This document shows, piece by piece, positions 34,548 through 43,200 of a stretch of 64,000 nt of DNA. The position numbers were made by a program, and so were the translations under genes. Each line of letters begins with the position of its first letter. Position 1 is the first letter of the stretch. Where the stretch lies: the NCBI GenBank assembly GCA_002328035.1, contig DCVL01000001.1:162-64161 (forward strand), read 5' to 3'. The DNA is from Geobacter sp. UBA2189 (GTDB lineage: Bacteria > Desulfobacterota > Desulfuromonadia > Geobacterales > Pseudopelobacteraceae). The notes beneath the pieces are model-generated. The model searched no databases. It saw nothing but the letters and a program-made list of their open reading frames with translations, and had not been told where the DNA came from.

Positions 34548-35924
34548 ATGTCAAAACTGATACTTGTAGTTGATGATGAAGAAGGTATACGTGTCTCCCT
34601 CACCGGTATACTTCAGGATGAAGGATATCAGGTTATTATGGCGGAGAATGGAACTGATGCCATTGAGCTGATCCGTGAAGAAGTGCCGGATCTGGTTCTC
34701 CTTGATATATGGATGCCAGGGATGGATGGTATTCAGACCTTGGAAAGGATAAGGAATATGTACCCTGAGATGACTGTAGTTATGATGTCAGGTCATGGTA
34801 CAATAGAAACCGCTGTAAAATCAACCAAGTCAGGAGCTTTTGATTTTATAGAAAAGCCGTTCTCTCTTGATAAGGTTCTACTCACTGTATTCAATGCCAT
34901 TAACTTCAAAGAGTTGAAAAAAGAGAATGAAGCGCTAAAGCAGGCAACTTTCAGGGATTATGAGCTGATTGGTGCTTCAGCGTGTATCACAGGGATCAGA
35001 AGTCAGATTCAGAGAATTGCTCCCACATCAACACCTGTTTTGATACAAGGAGAGCAAGGTGTAGGCAAGCAGTTGCTTGCCCGCGCAATTCACCATTTCA
35101 GCACAAGAAGAGACAAACCCTTTGTGTCTGTCAACTGCAAGGCAATTCCAGAGAGGTTGCTGATTGAGGAACTATTTGGTTATGAGCGAACTGAAAATTC
35201 TGAAACATCCAGGCAAAAGAGGGGACGGCTTGATCTTGTTGATGGAGGTACACTCTTTCTTGATGATGTCGAGGAGCTTTCTTCGCAGGGACAGGCCGAG
35301 TTGCTACGTATCATAACTGAGCAGCTCTTTGAAAGAAAAGGTGGGTCAAGGCCAATAAGAGTAGATGTGCGCATTATTGTTGCAACATCATCTTCTCTTG
35401 AAAATGCAGTAAAAGAGGAAAAATTTCATGAAGAGCTGTATCATCAGCTTCAGATAGTACCTTTTTATCTCCCCCCGTTACGTGAACGTTCTGAAGATAT
35501 TCCACAGTTGATATTGCATTTTGTTAACCAGTTTCACCGCAGGGAGGGCTGGGAGCCTAAAACCTTCGATAAATCAGCAGTTAACTGCCTTAAGGGTTAT
35601 GATTGGCCAGGAAATGTACGTGAGCTGAGAAATGTTGTAGAGAGAATACTGATAATGGCGCCAGGCCCAGTTGTAAAAGGGGATGAACTTCCTGAACTCA
35701 TTCCTGGTAGATGCTCTCAGTCTCTAGAACCGGGGGCTAATCAGAAACCGGAAATTACACCGTTGTCTGTTGCGCGCGAACAGTTTGAGCGCAAATATCT
35801 GCTTGATGCAATGCAGCATTATGAGTGGAATCTGGATGAAACGGCAGAGATGTTGAAGATAGAGCGGATTGTGCTACAACGAAAGCTGATTCAGTATGGA
35901 CTTACACCTGATACAAAGGAATAG
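34548..35924 (+). CDS. Sigma54-dependent response regulator (NtrX/NtrC/AtoC family)
   Basis: Receiver domain (DD..DLVLLDIWMPGMDG), AAA+ domain (Walker A GEQGVGKQ, a degenerate GAFTGA region, ESELFGY-like EELFGYE) and a C-terminal HTH. Confidence 0.85.
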   Translation: MSKLILVVDDEEGIRVSLTGILQDEGYQVIMAENGTDAIELIREEVPDLVLLDIWMPGMDGIQTLERIRNMYPEMTVVMMSGHGTIETAVKSTKSGAFDFIEKPFSLDKVLLTVFNAINFKELKKENEALKQATFRDYELIGASACITGIRSQIQRIAPTSTPVLIQGEQGVGKQLLARAIHHFSTRRDKPFVSVNCKAIPERLLIEELFGYERTENSETSRQKRGRLDLVDGGTLFLDDVEELSSQGQAELLRIITEQLFERKGGSRPIRVDVRIIVATSSSLENAVKEEKFHEELYHQLQIVPFYLPPLRERSEDIPQLILHFVNQFHRREGWEPKTFDKSAVNCLKGYDWPGNVRELRNVVERILIMAPGPVVKGDELPELIPGRCSQSLEPGANQKPEITPLSVAREQFERKYLLDAMQHYEWNLDETAEMLKIERIVLQRKLIQYGLTPDTKE

Positions 35925-35937
35925 GAGGGAGTTAAAA

Positions 35938-36720
35938 ATGCAGCATATCTTGACCTCGATCAACCGGAACATCGCCACCATAACCTTTAACAATCCAGAG
36001 ACAAGAAACAGTCTTTCTTGTCAGATGCTGGAAGAAATGCTTCTTGCAATAGATACTTTTTCTCAGAATGAAGAAGTGAGGGTTTTGGTTATAAGGTCTT
36101 TAACTGGTTCAAAGGTATGGTCATCAGGTTTCAATATCAATGAACTTCCAATATCTGGAAGAGATCCACTTTCTTATAATGATCCGCTTGAATGTCTTTT
36201 GAGGGCTGTTCAGAGGTTTCATTCCCCTGTTATTGCTATGATTGAAGGTTCAGTTTGGGGAGGAGCATGCGACCTTTCATTTGTATGCGATATCGCAGTT
36301 GGCTCTCATAAGGCTTCCTTTGCCATAACTCCGGCAAAGCTTGGGGTTCCGTACAACATATCGGGGATTATGCATTTTTTTAATATTGTAGGTCCCAGAA
36401 TTGCGAGAGAGATGTTTTATACGGCTGAACCGATATCAGCAGAACGAGCTTTGCAGGTTGGAATTCTAAACCATCTGGTTCCAATAGATGAGTTGGAGGA
36501 TTTTACCTACAGCATGGCGTCAACGATTGCCGATAATTCCCCTCTTGCAAACAGGGTTATGAAGGAACAATTAAGACTACTTGCAGATGCTTATCCGATG
36601 AGACCAGAGACATTTGAATATGTTCAGGGATTGCGTCGTATGGTCTATGATAGTCATGATTATGATGAGGGTAAAAAGGCCTTTTTAGAAAAACGCAAGC
36701 CGGCTTTTATTGGTAAATAA
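35938..36720 (+). CDS. scpB: Methylmalonyl-CoA decarboxylase (crotonase superfamily, ScpB/YgfG-like)
   Basis: ATG 35938 follows GGAGGGA (the ORF-track start at 35896 overlaps the regulator). Long colinear similarity to E. coli YgfG from memory: GRDPLSYNDPL, MIEGSVWGGA, LGVPYN, VGILNH, DYDEGKKAFLEKRKP.F.G. Confidence 0.7.
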   Translation: MQHILTSINRNIATITFNNPETRNSLSCQMLEEMLLAIDTFSQNEEVRVLVIRSLTGSKVWSSGFNINELPISGRDPLSYNDPLECLLRAVQRFHSPVIAMIEGSVWGGACDLSFVCDIAVGSHKASFAITPAKLGVPYNISGIMHFFNIVGPRIAREMFYTAEPISAERALQVGILNHLVPIDELEDFTYSMASTIADNSPLANRVMKEQLRLLADAYPMRPETFEYVQGLRRMVYDSHDYDEGKKAFLEKRKPAFIGK

Positions 36721-36749
36721 AATAGCCACAACCAAACAAATCTTTTATA

Positions 36750-36786
36750 AAAAAAGGGAGATGCGATATCGCATCTCCCTTTTTTA
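36750..36786. terminator. Bidirectional terminator (scpB-like / citrate synthase)
   Basis: Perfect 24-nt palindrome GGGAGATGCGAT|ATCGCATCTCCC (36756-36779), flanked by A7 upstream and T5 downstream, between convergent genes. Confidence 0.85.
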
Positions 36787-36809
36787 GGGGTACATAACCG
36801 TATTGCTAT

Positions 36810-38132
36810 TTACTTGCGGCCACCTTCTGCAGCCCATTTCTCAAGCATTGCGGTAGTTACAGACTTAGGACGCTCAATTGCATAGCCCAAACCGCGATCC
36901 CATGTGATATTAGCCATGCAGCCAAGTGCGCGGCCTACACCGAACAGAACGGTGTAGAAGTCCCACTCACGCAGGCCATAGTACCACTGGATAACGCCAG
37001 ACTGTGCGTCAACGTTAGGCCATGGGTTCTTTGCCTTGCCTTGCTCTGTAAGAACGCCAGGAGCAACTTCAAAGATCATGGAAACAACCTTGAAGAGTGC
37101 GTCGTCTTTCAGACCTGGTGTTTTTAGGCAGAATTCACGCTGTGACATGTAACGTGGGTCTGTCTTACGCAGAACAGCGTGACCATAACCAGGAATTACC
37201 TGTCCGGAGTTCAGAGTATCCCAGAGAGCTTCTTTGATAAGTTCTTTGGTAGGCTCTTTATCAGCACAATACTTGGCCTGGAACTTCATTGTCCAGTCCA
37301 GAACTTCCTGGTTAGCCAAACCATGCAGAGGGCCTGCAAGGCCGTTCAGGCCAGCAGAGTAAGCATAATATGGGTCGGACAGTGCGGAGTGTACCAAGTG
37401 GGTTGTATGTGCTGATACGTTGCCGGACTCATGGTCGGAGTGAAGGATAAAGTACATACGTGCAACATCCTTGTACTGCTCGCTCTGGCCGATCATATGG
37501 GCGAAGTTTGCACCCATATCAAGGGTTGAATCCGGAGCAATCTGATAGTCTCCGCGATATTTCAGGTTGTAGATGAATGCTGCAATGATAGGAATACGAG
37601 CTACCAGGTCGCTGGCATCTTCGTAAACATATTCCCAGGCAGTCATCTTGTTGAACTTACCTGAACCGTAGAAGGCATAGAATTTTGAATCCTTTTGAAG
37701 AGCCAGGATACCAACTGAAAGCATGACCATCGGATGGATATCTCTAGGAAGAGCGCGAATGGCATCCCATACATATGAAGGAACAACTTGACGCTTTTTC
37801 CATTCTGCGGATACTTCATCAACCTGAGCTTGGGTTGGAACTTCACCGGTCAACAGGAAGTACCAGAAAGACTCAACGGTAGGATAGTCAGAACCTGCAG
37901 CCTTTGGCAATGCTTCAAATGTTTCTGGAATGGTCTTGCCACGGAAACGAATACCTTCCTGGGGATCCAGGTAGGAAATGTCGGTTACCAGAGAACGGAT
38001 GTCGCGTGCGCCACCGATGCACTGGTCAATAGTGACCTCATCAATTTTTACCTTACCAAACTCTTTCACCAGTTTGGTAGTGCGAGGACGGAACTCTTCA
38101 ATCTTCTGCTTGAGGGTTTCCTTCAGTGCCAT
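36810..38132 (-). CDS. gltA: Citrate synthase, eukaryotic (mitochondrial)-like type
   Basis: 440 aa. The N-terminal block ..GGARDIRSLVTDISYLDPQEGIRFRGKTIPE..LPKA...YPTVESFWYFLLTGEVPT resembles mitochondrial citrate synthase, the type reported for Geobacteraceae. RBS AAGGAGA. Confidence 0.9.
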   Translation of the reverse strand: MALKETLKQKIEEFRPRTTKLVKEFGKVKIDEVTIDQCIGGARDIRSLVTDISYLDPQEGIRFRGKTIPETFEALPKAAGSDYPTVESFWYFLLTGEVPTQAQVDEVSAEWKKRQVVPSYVWDAIRALPRDIHPMVMLSVGILALQKDSKFYAFYGSGKFNKMTAWEYVYEDASDLVARIPIIAAFIYNLKYRGDYQIAPDSTLDMGANFAHMIGQSEQYKDVARMYFILHSDHESGNVSAHTTHLVHSALSDPYYAYSAGLNGLAGPLHGLANQEVLDWTMKFQAKYCADKEPTKELIKEALWDTLNSGQVIPGYGHAVLRKTDPRYMSQREFCLKTPGLKDDALFKVVSMIFEVAPGVLTEQGKAKNPWPNVDAQSGVIQWYYGLREWDFYTVLFGVGRALGCMANITWDRGLGYAIERPKSVTTAMLEKWAAEGGRK

Positions 38133-38221
38133 GCGTGCTTCTCCTTTCGGTTAAATGGTGCAACTAACTAATTGCACTAAAAAATGTTACATTACATATA
38201 CTGTATACAAAAATATGTTTC

Positions 38222-38250
38222 CTTATATCATCCTGAAGAATCAAATACAA
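38222..38250 (-). promoter_or_regulatory. Candidate sigma70 promoter of citrate synthase
   Basis: Minus strand: TTGTAT (38250-38245), 17-nt spacer, TATAAG (38227-38222). It is bracketed by the two TGTATACA-containing sites described in the findings. Confidence 0.35.
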
Positions 38251-38254
38251 CAGG

Positions 38255-38272
38255 TTTTTTGTATACAAAAAA
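38255..38272. promoter_or_regulatory. Perfect 18-bp AT-rich palindrome TTTTTTGTATACAAAAAA (candidate operator)
   Basis: Exact palindrome just upstream of the candidate -35. A second copy of TGTATACAAAAA lies at 38202-38213, just downstream of the candidate -10. Confidence 0.4.
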
Positions 38273-38277
38273 CAACA

Positions 38278-39468
38278 TTATAAAACTACCAGAGCATCGT
38301 CTGAAATAGTCATCTGTTTAATTCCTTGTTTACTAAGATAAAAGGTGTTTTCAATTCCAACCGCCCCTTCACCGGGGAATACAACTTTTGGCTCAAAGGC
38401 CCAGGTCATGCCTGTCTCCATCAGATTATCCTTGAAGCCCCTTGCAATAAATGGATATTCATCTATTTCAATCCCCAGGCCGTGGCCTATAAATGAAACC
38501 TGCGAGTTTACTGCCCCCATAAAATTATCTGCATATCCCTGTCTGGTGGCCAACTCACGGCAGCGGTCATGAATTTCGCTCCAGCTGATTCCCGGTGTTA
38601 CAATCTCTTTCATCAACTCCTGTACCTGGAGCATGTCATTAAATCCCTTTTTAAGCCTGTCGGAAAGCGAGCCAATACAGTATACGCGAGTCTGATCGGT
38701 CAGATAACCGTCAACGCTTCCGGCAAAATCAATAATTACAGGTTCGTTTCTGGCAATAATCTTGTATCCTGGTCCCTGTCCAAAAGAAGGTGATATCCCC
38801 ATGCCGCCGAACGGAGTATCTGTGTAGGCTGGTACTGCGCTGTCCACGCCGGAGAATGTATGGCCAAAACACATCTCTCCGTTAAATACCCTCATCCTGA
38901 TCAATCCTGGATGTCCGTTTTTACGAGCCACAAATTCCAGCTCAGCCGCAAGTTCCAGATCTGTAATCCCTTCACGTATTACCTCTTTGGCTCTTTCATA
39001 TACCTTGTGAACCTGTTGTGCAGAGTCCATCATCAGCTTGATCTCATATTCGCTTTTGATCATTCTTACCTGGCGGATCAGAGGGGTTGCATCAGAAAAT
39101 TCAGCATTCGGCCATACCTTGCGATAACGCTCAAGAAAAACTATAGGGAGAACATCAAGCTCCAGGCCGATCCTCTTTGGAGTCGGATAGCCGAAATTGT
39201 TGATAGTAGGAAGAATATCTTTTGGAGAACTGAGCGATAAAACCTCTTTGATTCCTGATTCCATCCTTGCACGGGTGTATTCACGCCTTACCAGGTAAAC
39301 AGGATCCCCTTCTGCAGGCAGATAAAGCAGACCATTCTGGATTGTGCCGGTAAAGTAGAAAAGATCGGCATTTTGTACAATAATAATGGCATCCAGATCA
39401 GATGCCTGCATGTAGTTTTGAAGTTTCTTGCAGCGATAATCCAGTTCAGAGGCAGGGGTGATACGCAT
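38278..39468 (-). CDS. M24 family Xaa-Pro aminopeptidase / creatinase-fold peptidase
   Basis: 396 aa with a creatinase-like N-domain and an M24 catalytic domain (IIDFAGSVDGYLTDQTR, IGHGLGIEIDE, FEPK, IENT). Confidence 0.8.
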   Translation of the reverse strand: MRITPASELDYRCKKLQNYMQASDLDAIIIVQNADLFYFTGTIQNGLLYLPAEGDPVYLVRREYTRARMESGIKEVLSLSSPKDILPTINNFGYPTPKRIGLELDVLPIVFLERYRKVWPNAEFSDATPLIRQVRMIKSEYEIKLMMDSAQQVHKVYERAKEVIREGITDLELAAELEFVARKNGHPGLIRMRVFNGEMCFGHTFSGVDSAVPAYTDTPFGGMGISPSFGQGPGYKIIARNEPVIIDFAGSVDGYLTDQTRVYCIGSLSDRLKKGFNDMLQVQELMKEIVTPGISWSEIHDRCRELATRQGYADNFMGAVNSQVSFIGHGLGIEIDEYPFIARGFKDNLMETGMTWAFEPKVVFPGEGAVGIENTFYLSKQGIKQMTISDDALVVL

Positions 39469-39566
39469 GATATTAACAGGTTCCTTTCAAAATTGAGATA
39501 TTTGTAGCTCTGTTAGTGTAATGATAAGCTTGACCTTGCATCCTTAATTGGCTAGGGTACTTTCAA

Positions 39567-40163
39567 ATGTCAGGAAGAATATTCAAACCATTTTCTATCG
39601 GCCTTTTTACCATTATCCCCGCTGGTGATCCAGTCCCAAATCCTTGTGGCCTGCCGATTATATTAGGAAAGAAGGGTGCTTTTGGTTCAGGAGAACATGA
39701 AACCACAGCATCCTGTCTTGAGATTATGCCGGATATTCCAAGGATTAAGGGATGCAATGCACTGGATCTTGGCAGCGGGACAGGTATCCTTGCGCTTGCT
39801 GCTGCCAGGCTGGGCGCAGCTTCAGTTCTGGCGGTAGATCTTGATGAGGCCGCAGCTCTCTCCTGTCAGGAAAATGTTCTGTTCAATGGTCTTGAAGATC
39901 GTATAAGTACGGTTTGCGGTGAACTTTCTGTAGTTGCGGGGCATTCGTTTGAGCTTGTTCTAGCCAATATCTATGCAGACATCCTGTTGCCATTGGCAGA
40001 TCAACTGGTAGGAATGACCTGTTCTGGTGGGCACCTGCTGCTATCCGGTATCCCTCTCCAGGATAAATTTGATATAATACAACGCTACACCTCTATTGGG
40101 TGCAGCGTTGTTGACAGCAGAATAGGTGAGGAATTTGCCACCTACCTGTTTATTAATCCCTGA
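39567..40163 (+). CDS. Class I SAM-dependent methyltransferase, PrmA-like but lacking the PrmA N-terminal domain
   Basis: 198 aa with GEHETTASCLE, the SAM motif ALDLGSGTGILALAAARLGA and VLAVDLD. Typical PrmA is about 290 aa. Confidence 0.65.
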   Translation: MSGRIFKPFSIGLFTIIPAGDPVPNPCGLPIILGKKGAFGSGEHETTASCLEIMPDIPRIKGCNALDLGSGTGILALAAARLGAASVLAVDLDEAAALSCQENVLFNGLEDRISTVCGELSVVAGHSFELVLANIYADILLPLADQLVGMTCSGGHLLLSGIPLQDKFDIIQRYTSIGCSVVDSRIGEEFATYLFINP

Positions 40164-41267
40164 TTATTTCTTCAGCACCATGGCGATAAGTATAAGTAAT
40201 ATGATTGCACCAACTATTGTTAATCCTATCTTGGCAACCGACCATGGTCTTTCACCCTGTACTTCACCCGTATCGCCGTTAATCAGGAAACGGTAAGATT
40301 TGTCGCCGTATTTGTAAGCACTAATCCAGACCGGTAGCAGAATATGCTTGAATGTGATGTCGTCAAACTGGGTTCTGACTGTATGGATCTGTTGCTGGTC
40401 GCCTCCGATATCCTTTTTTACGGTCTCGCGTATTGCTTCATCCATCTCATGTTTGGCTCGCTCAAAGCCATCCCCCAAGTCAACCTGATAGGCCTCGGCC
40501 TGGAAACCACTCATGTATGCATCCTGATAAGGAACCAGAGCCTTCAGATTCCATGGTTCAAGTTCGTCTACAATTTGTGGTGGCAGTGAGCGTCCGGCCT
40601 GAACGATTATATCATCAAAATTTTGCCAGACAGTGCCGCTGGCATGGTACCAGCGTGTGTGACGTACCTGACGGCTTCGTTGCACGCTGTCGCCATCTCT
40701 GTCTGTTTCAGTGAAGTTTTCGGTTTCGTAATAGTCCTCTCCCCGTTCACCGTCGTACCATGTGGTTGACTTGGCATCAAAGGTCCAGTAGGGAATGTAC
40801 ATCCCTTTTATCCCGCCATCTTTTGCAGCCTGCTCTTTTAGACCGTTTGGGGCAAACCAGAGGCTTCCGAGCCAGTCCCTGAAAAGTCCCAACGCCTTAT
40901 TTTTAGGAATCTTGAAAGGGAGTATTGCTCCTGGCTTTATCAGTCGAGTGGCCTTTGCCTTTGCCTGCAACTGGGTTCCGCAGAACGGGCAGTGGCTCAT
41001 TGAAATGTTTGGTTGCAGAGTGGATGTTGCGCCGCAGGATTGGCACTTTACGGTCTGTACCTCCTGGGAATCACCCTGTTCTGTGGCTCGTGCGAAATAC
41101 TCGTAAAAATCCAGTTCTTTGATTTCATCTGCAGATTGAGGGATCTTGTTCTCAAAGCTACAGTAGGGGCATTTAAGTGAGGCTGCCCCTGGTGAAAATT
41201 CAAGCTTGGCTCCGCATGAACCGCAAGGGAACTCTTTGATTGCTGTATGGGATGTCTGTTCGCTCAT
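40164..41267 (-). CDS. Double zinc-ribbon protein with a C-terminal TM anchor (YdjG-like, function unknown)
   Basis: 367 aa. Two CxxC-x(12-14)-CxxC ribbons (CGSCGAKLEFSPGAASLKCPYC; CQSCGATSTLQPNISMSHCPFC) and a C-terminal helix IGLTIVGAIILLILIAMVL. It lies 16 nt downstream of the SPFH gene. Confidence 0.75.
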   Translation of the reverse strand: MSEQTSHTAIKEFPCGSCGAKLEFSPGAASLKCPYCSFENKIPQSADEIKELDFYEYFARATEQGDSQEVQTVKCQSCGATSTLQPNISMSHCPFCGTQLQAKAKATRLIKPGAILPFKIPKNKALGLFRDWLGSLWFAPNGLKEQAAKDGGIKGMYIPYWTFDAKSTTWYDGERGEDYYETENFTETDRDGDSVQRSRQVRHTRWYHASGTVWQNFDDIIVQAGRSLPPQIVDELEPWNLKALVPYQDAYMSGFQAEAYQVDLGDGFERAKHEMDEAIRETVKKDIGGDQQQIHTVRTQFDDITFKHILLPVWISAYKYGDKSYRFLINGDTGEVQGERPWSVAKIGLTIVGAIILLILIAMVLKK

Positions 41268-41283
41268 AAGTCAGTATCTCCGA

Positions 41284-42456
41284 CTAAGCCGGCGGCATTG
41301 GCGGTGTTGCGCTGCCAAAGATCTCTGTCAGCTCGGTTACCGTACCGGCTGCAGCCCAGCCTGCCATCCCCTGTTTCCAGACCAGGCTGTCCCTTGTCAA
41401 CTTCCCTTGTAGTGCCATCTGTTGAAGCGCTGGCAGATCAAACGGGCCTGACTGTTGGCCGTTTATTGCCACAAAAATTTGTAGTGCTGTTGGCAATGGA
41501 GGGGGGCCTGGCATAGGGGGAGGTTGCGGAGATCCCTGCTGTGCAGCTCCACCTGAGAAGCCGGGATTTATCCCCGGTTGCTGTACCATATTTGTAAACG
41601 CTCCACCCATTGCGTTTCCCATCTGACCGCCCATGCCCAGACCCATTCCGATTCCTACTCCTGCTGCGGCAAGTCCGCCCGGATTGTTTGCAGCGTCGTT
41701 TATGGAGTTTGCAGTTTCATACTGGGTGTACATCTGCATATTGCCGATAGCCTTCATGGCTCCGGCCTTGTCAATTGCCCTTTCAACCTCTTCAGGAAGG
41801 CCGACATCCTGAACCTGAACCTCCGTAAGTGCCAGACCAAACCCCTCAAAGGAAGGAGCAATTCTATCTTTAAGCATCTCTCCCAGGGTGTAGACCTTGC
41901 TTTCAAGGTCAATAACCGGAATCTTCAACTCAGGCATTACCTCTTTTATCCGCAGGCCGATCTTGCCTTTCAGGTTTTCCTGAATCTCTTCGGTGGTAAA
42001 GCTGCCGTCGGTGCCAGCGATTTCCCTGATAAATATTGTAGGATCCTTAATCTTGATGGAGTAGATCCCGAATGCGGTGACTCTTACCGCGCCAAACTCA
42101 GGATCCCTCATGGTACAAGGGCCGGGAGTGCCCCATTTCAGGTTGGTAAATTGGCGGGTGGATACAAAGTAGACCTCTGCCTTGAATGGAGATTCAAATC
42201 CGTATTTCCAACCTTTAAGGGTTGCCAGTATCGGCATATTCTGAGTGCTTAGGGTGTATGTTCCAGGCCCGTATACATCTGCAATCTGACCTTCATTTAT
42301 AAAAACTGCAGACTGTCCTTCTCGCACTACCAGCTTGGCGTTGTACTTGATTTCATTGTTGTAGCGGGGAAAACGGTAAATCAGAGTGTCATTTGTGTCA
42401 TCCAGCCATTGAATGATGTCGATAAGTTCAGCTTTTAACTTGTCCCAGAGTGCCAT
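41284..42456 (-). CDS. SPFH/Band-7-like protein (COG4260 'virion core protein-like') with a Gly/Pro-rich linker and C-terminal GYF_2 domain
   Basis: 390 aa with a strong RBS (AAGGAGGG). N-terminus is MALWDKLKAELIDIIQW..DT..LIYRFP. A low-complexity GMGLGMGGQMGNAMGG..PPPMPGPPPLP linker is followed by a C-terminal W-rich GYF-like block (VAINGQQSGPFDL..L..M...G.L..DSLVWKQGMAGWAAA). Confidence 0.75.
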   Translation of the reverse strand: MALWDKLKAELIDIIQWLDDTNDTLIYRFPRYNNEIKYNAKLVVREGQSAVFINEGQIADVYGPGTYTLSTQNMPILATLKGWKYGFESPFKAEVYFVSTRQFTNLKWGTPGPCTMRDPEFGAVRVTAFGIYSIKIKDPTIFIREIAGTDGSFTTEEIQENLKGKIGLRIKEVMPELKIPVIDLESKVYTLGEMLKDRIAPSFEGFGLALTEVQVQDVGLPEEVERAIDKAGAMKAIGNMQMYTQYETANSINDAANNPGGLAAAGVGIGMGLGMGGQMGNAMGGAFTNMVQQPGINPGFSGGAAQQGSPQPPPMPGPPPLPTALQIFVAINGQQSGPFDLPALQQMALQGKLTRDSLVWKQGMAGWAAAGTVTELTEIFGSATPPMPPA

Positions 42457-42639
42457 ATTCCCTCCTTCTTGTGTTTTACCATAAGCAGCGCTTGAGACAG
42501 TTTAAACGGTTTTTTTTACAATGCAAGTGGGTATATGGAAATCCTTTTTGTATAAGTGACAGTTTGGTTAAGTAGTAAAAAAAATGAAACTGGTATATGA
42601 TTTGCTGAGAAATATGAAAAACAGCATAGGTATAGCATC

Positions 42640-42901
42640 ATGTCAATGACCGACTATATTGATAAACGTTATGATGAAACATTTGCTTCAGTGTATGAGG
42701 AGCTGCTTGATATGGCGGCTCAGGATCCGGAACAGGCAGAGAAACATATCAGGAAGAGATTGAAAAGCCTGTACATAAGACAGGGAAATGACTGGACGGG
42801 GAGCTATTGGAAATGCCGGTCTGGATGCTTCTATTGCGGCCTTTGAGGCTGCCCTGGCGGAATTGACCTGTTCTACAGCAACATTGAAAGGGGAAAAATA
42901 A
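42640..42901 (+). pseudogene. Small acidic helical protein gene split by a +1 frame change at a G4 run (true frameshift or assembly indel)
   Basis: Frame A (42640-42846) becomes C/W/Y-rich nonsense after ..YIRQGNDWT. Frame B (open from 42779) reads GAIGNAGLDASIAAFEAALAEL...GEK* and stops at 42899-42901, 1 nt before the next gene's ATG. Removing one G from GGGG at 42798-42801 fuses the two frames. Confidence 0.45.
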
Positions 42902-42902
42902 A

Positions 42903-43196
42903 ATGAAAGAAAAGCTTGAGAATCTGTTTTACTTCGGACTTGGTTCTGTTCTATTGGCAAAGGAAAAGATTGAGCAGGCTGGTGATTCTGCAAAAGGTTT
43001 TAAAGATGAGAACGATCGTAAGGCCAGGGAGTTCTTTGAACAGGCCGTTGCGAAAGGTAGTGAAGAGCGGGAGCAGATTAAAGGCAACATTAAGGAGCTG
43101 CTGAAAGAGGCCATTGATGAACTGGGTCTTGCCACCAGGTCGGATCTGGATGAACTGAAGGCAGAGGTTGCCAGATTGCGCCAGGGACAGTCTTGA
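42903..43196 (+). CDS. Phasin-like / PHA-granule-regulator-like small helical protein (COG3937-like)
   Basis: 97 aa with FGLGSVLLAKEKIEQ...LGLATRSDLDELKAEVARLR. This family commonly precedes ubiB-type kinases. Confidence 0.6.
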   Translation: MKEKLENLFYFGLGSVLLAKEKIEQAGDSAKGFKDENDRKAREFFEQAVAKGSEEREQIKGNIKELLKEAIDELGLATRSDLDELKAEVARLRQGQS

Positions 43197-43200
43197 TCCT

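Noticed and set aside
40344-42252. Plus-strand ORFs (81-224 aa) opposite the zinc-ribbon and SPFH genes.
   Set aside because: They are shadow ORFs of GC-richer coding sequence, with no RBS and a Cys/His/Arg-rich nonsense composition.
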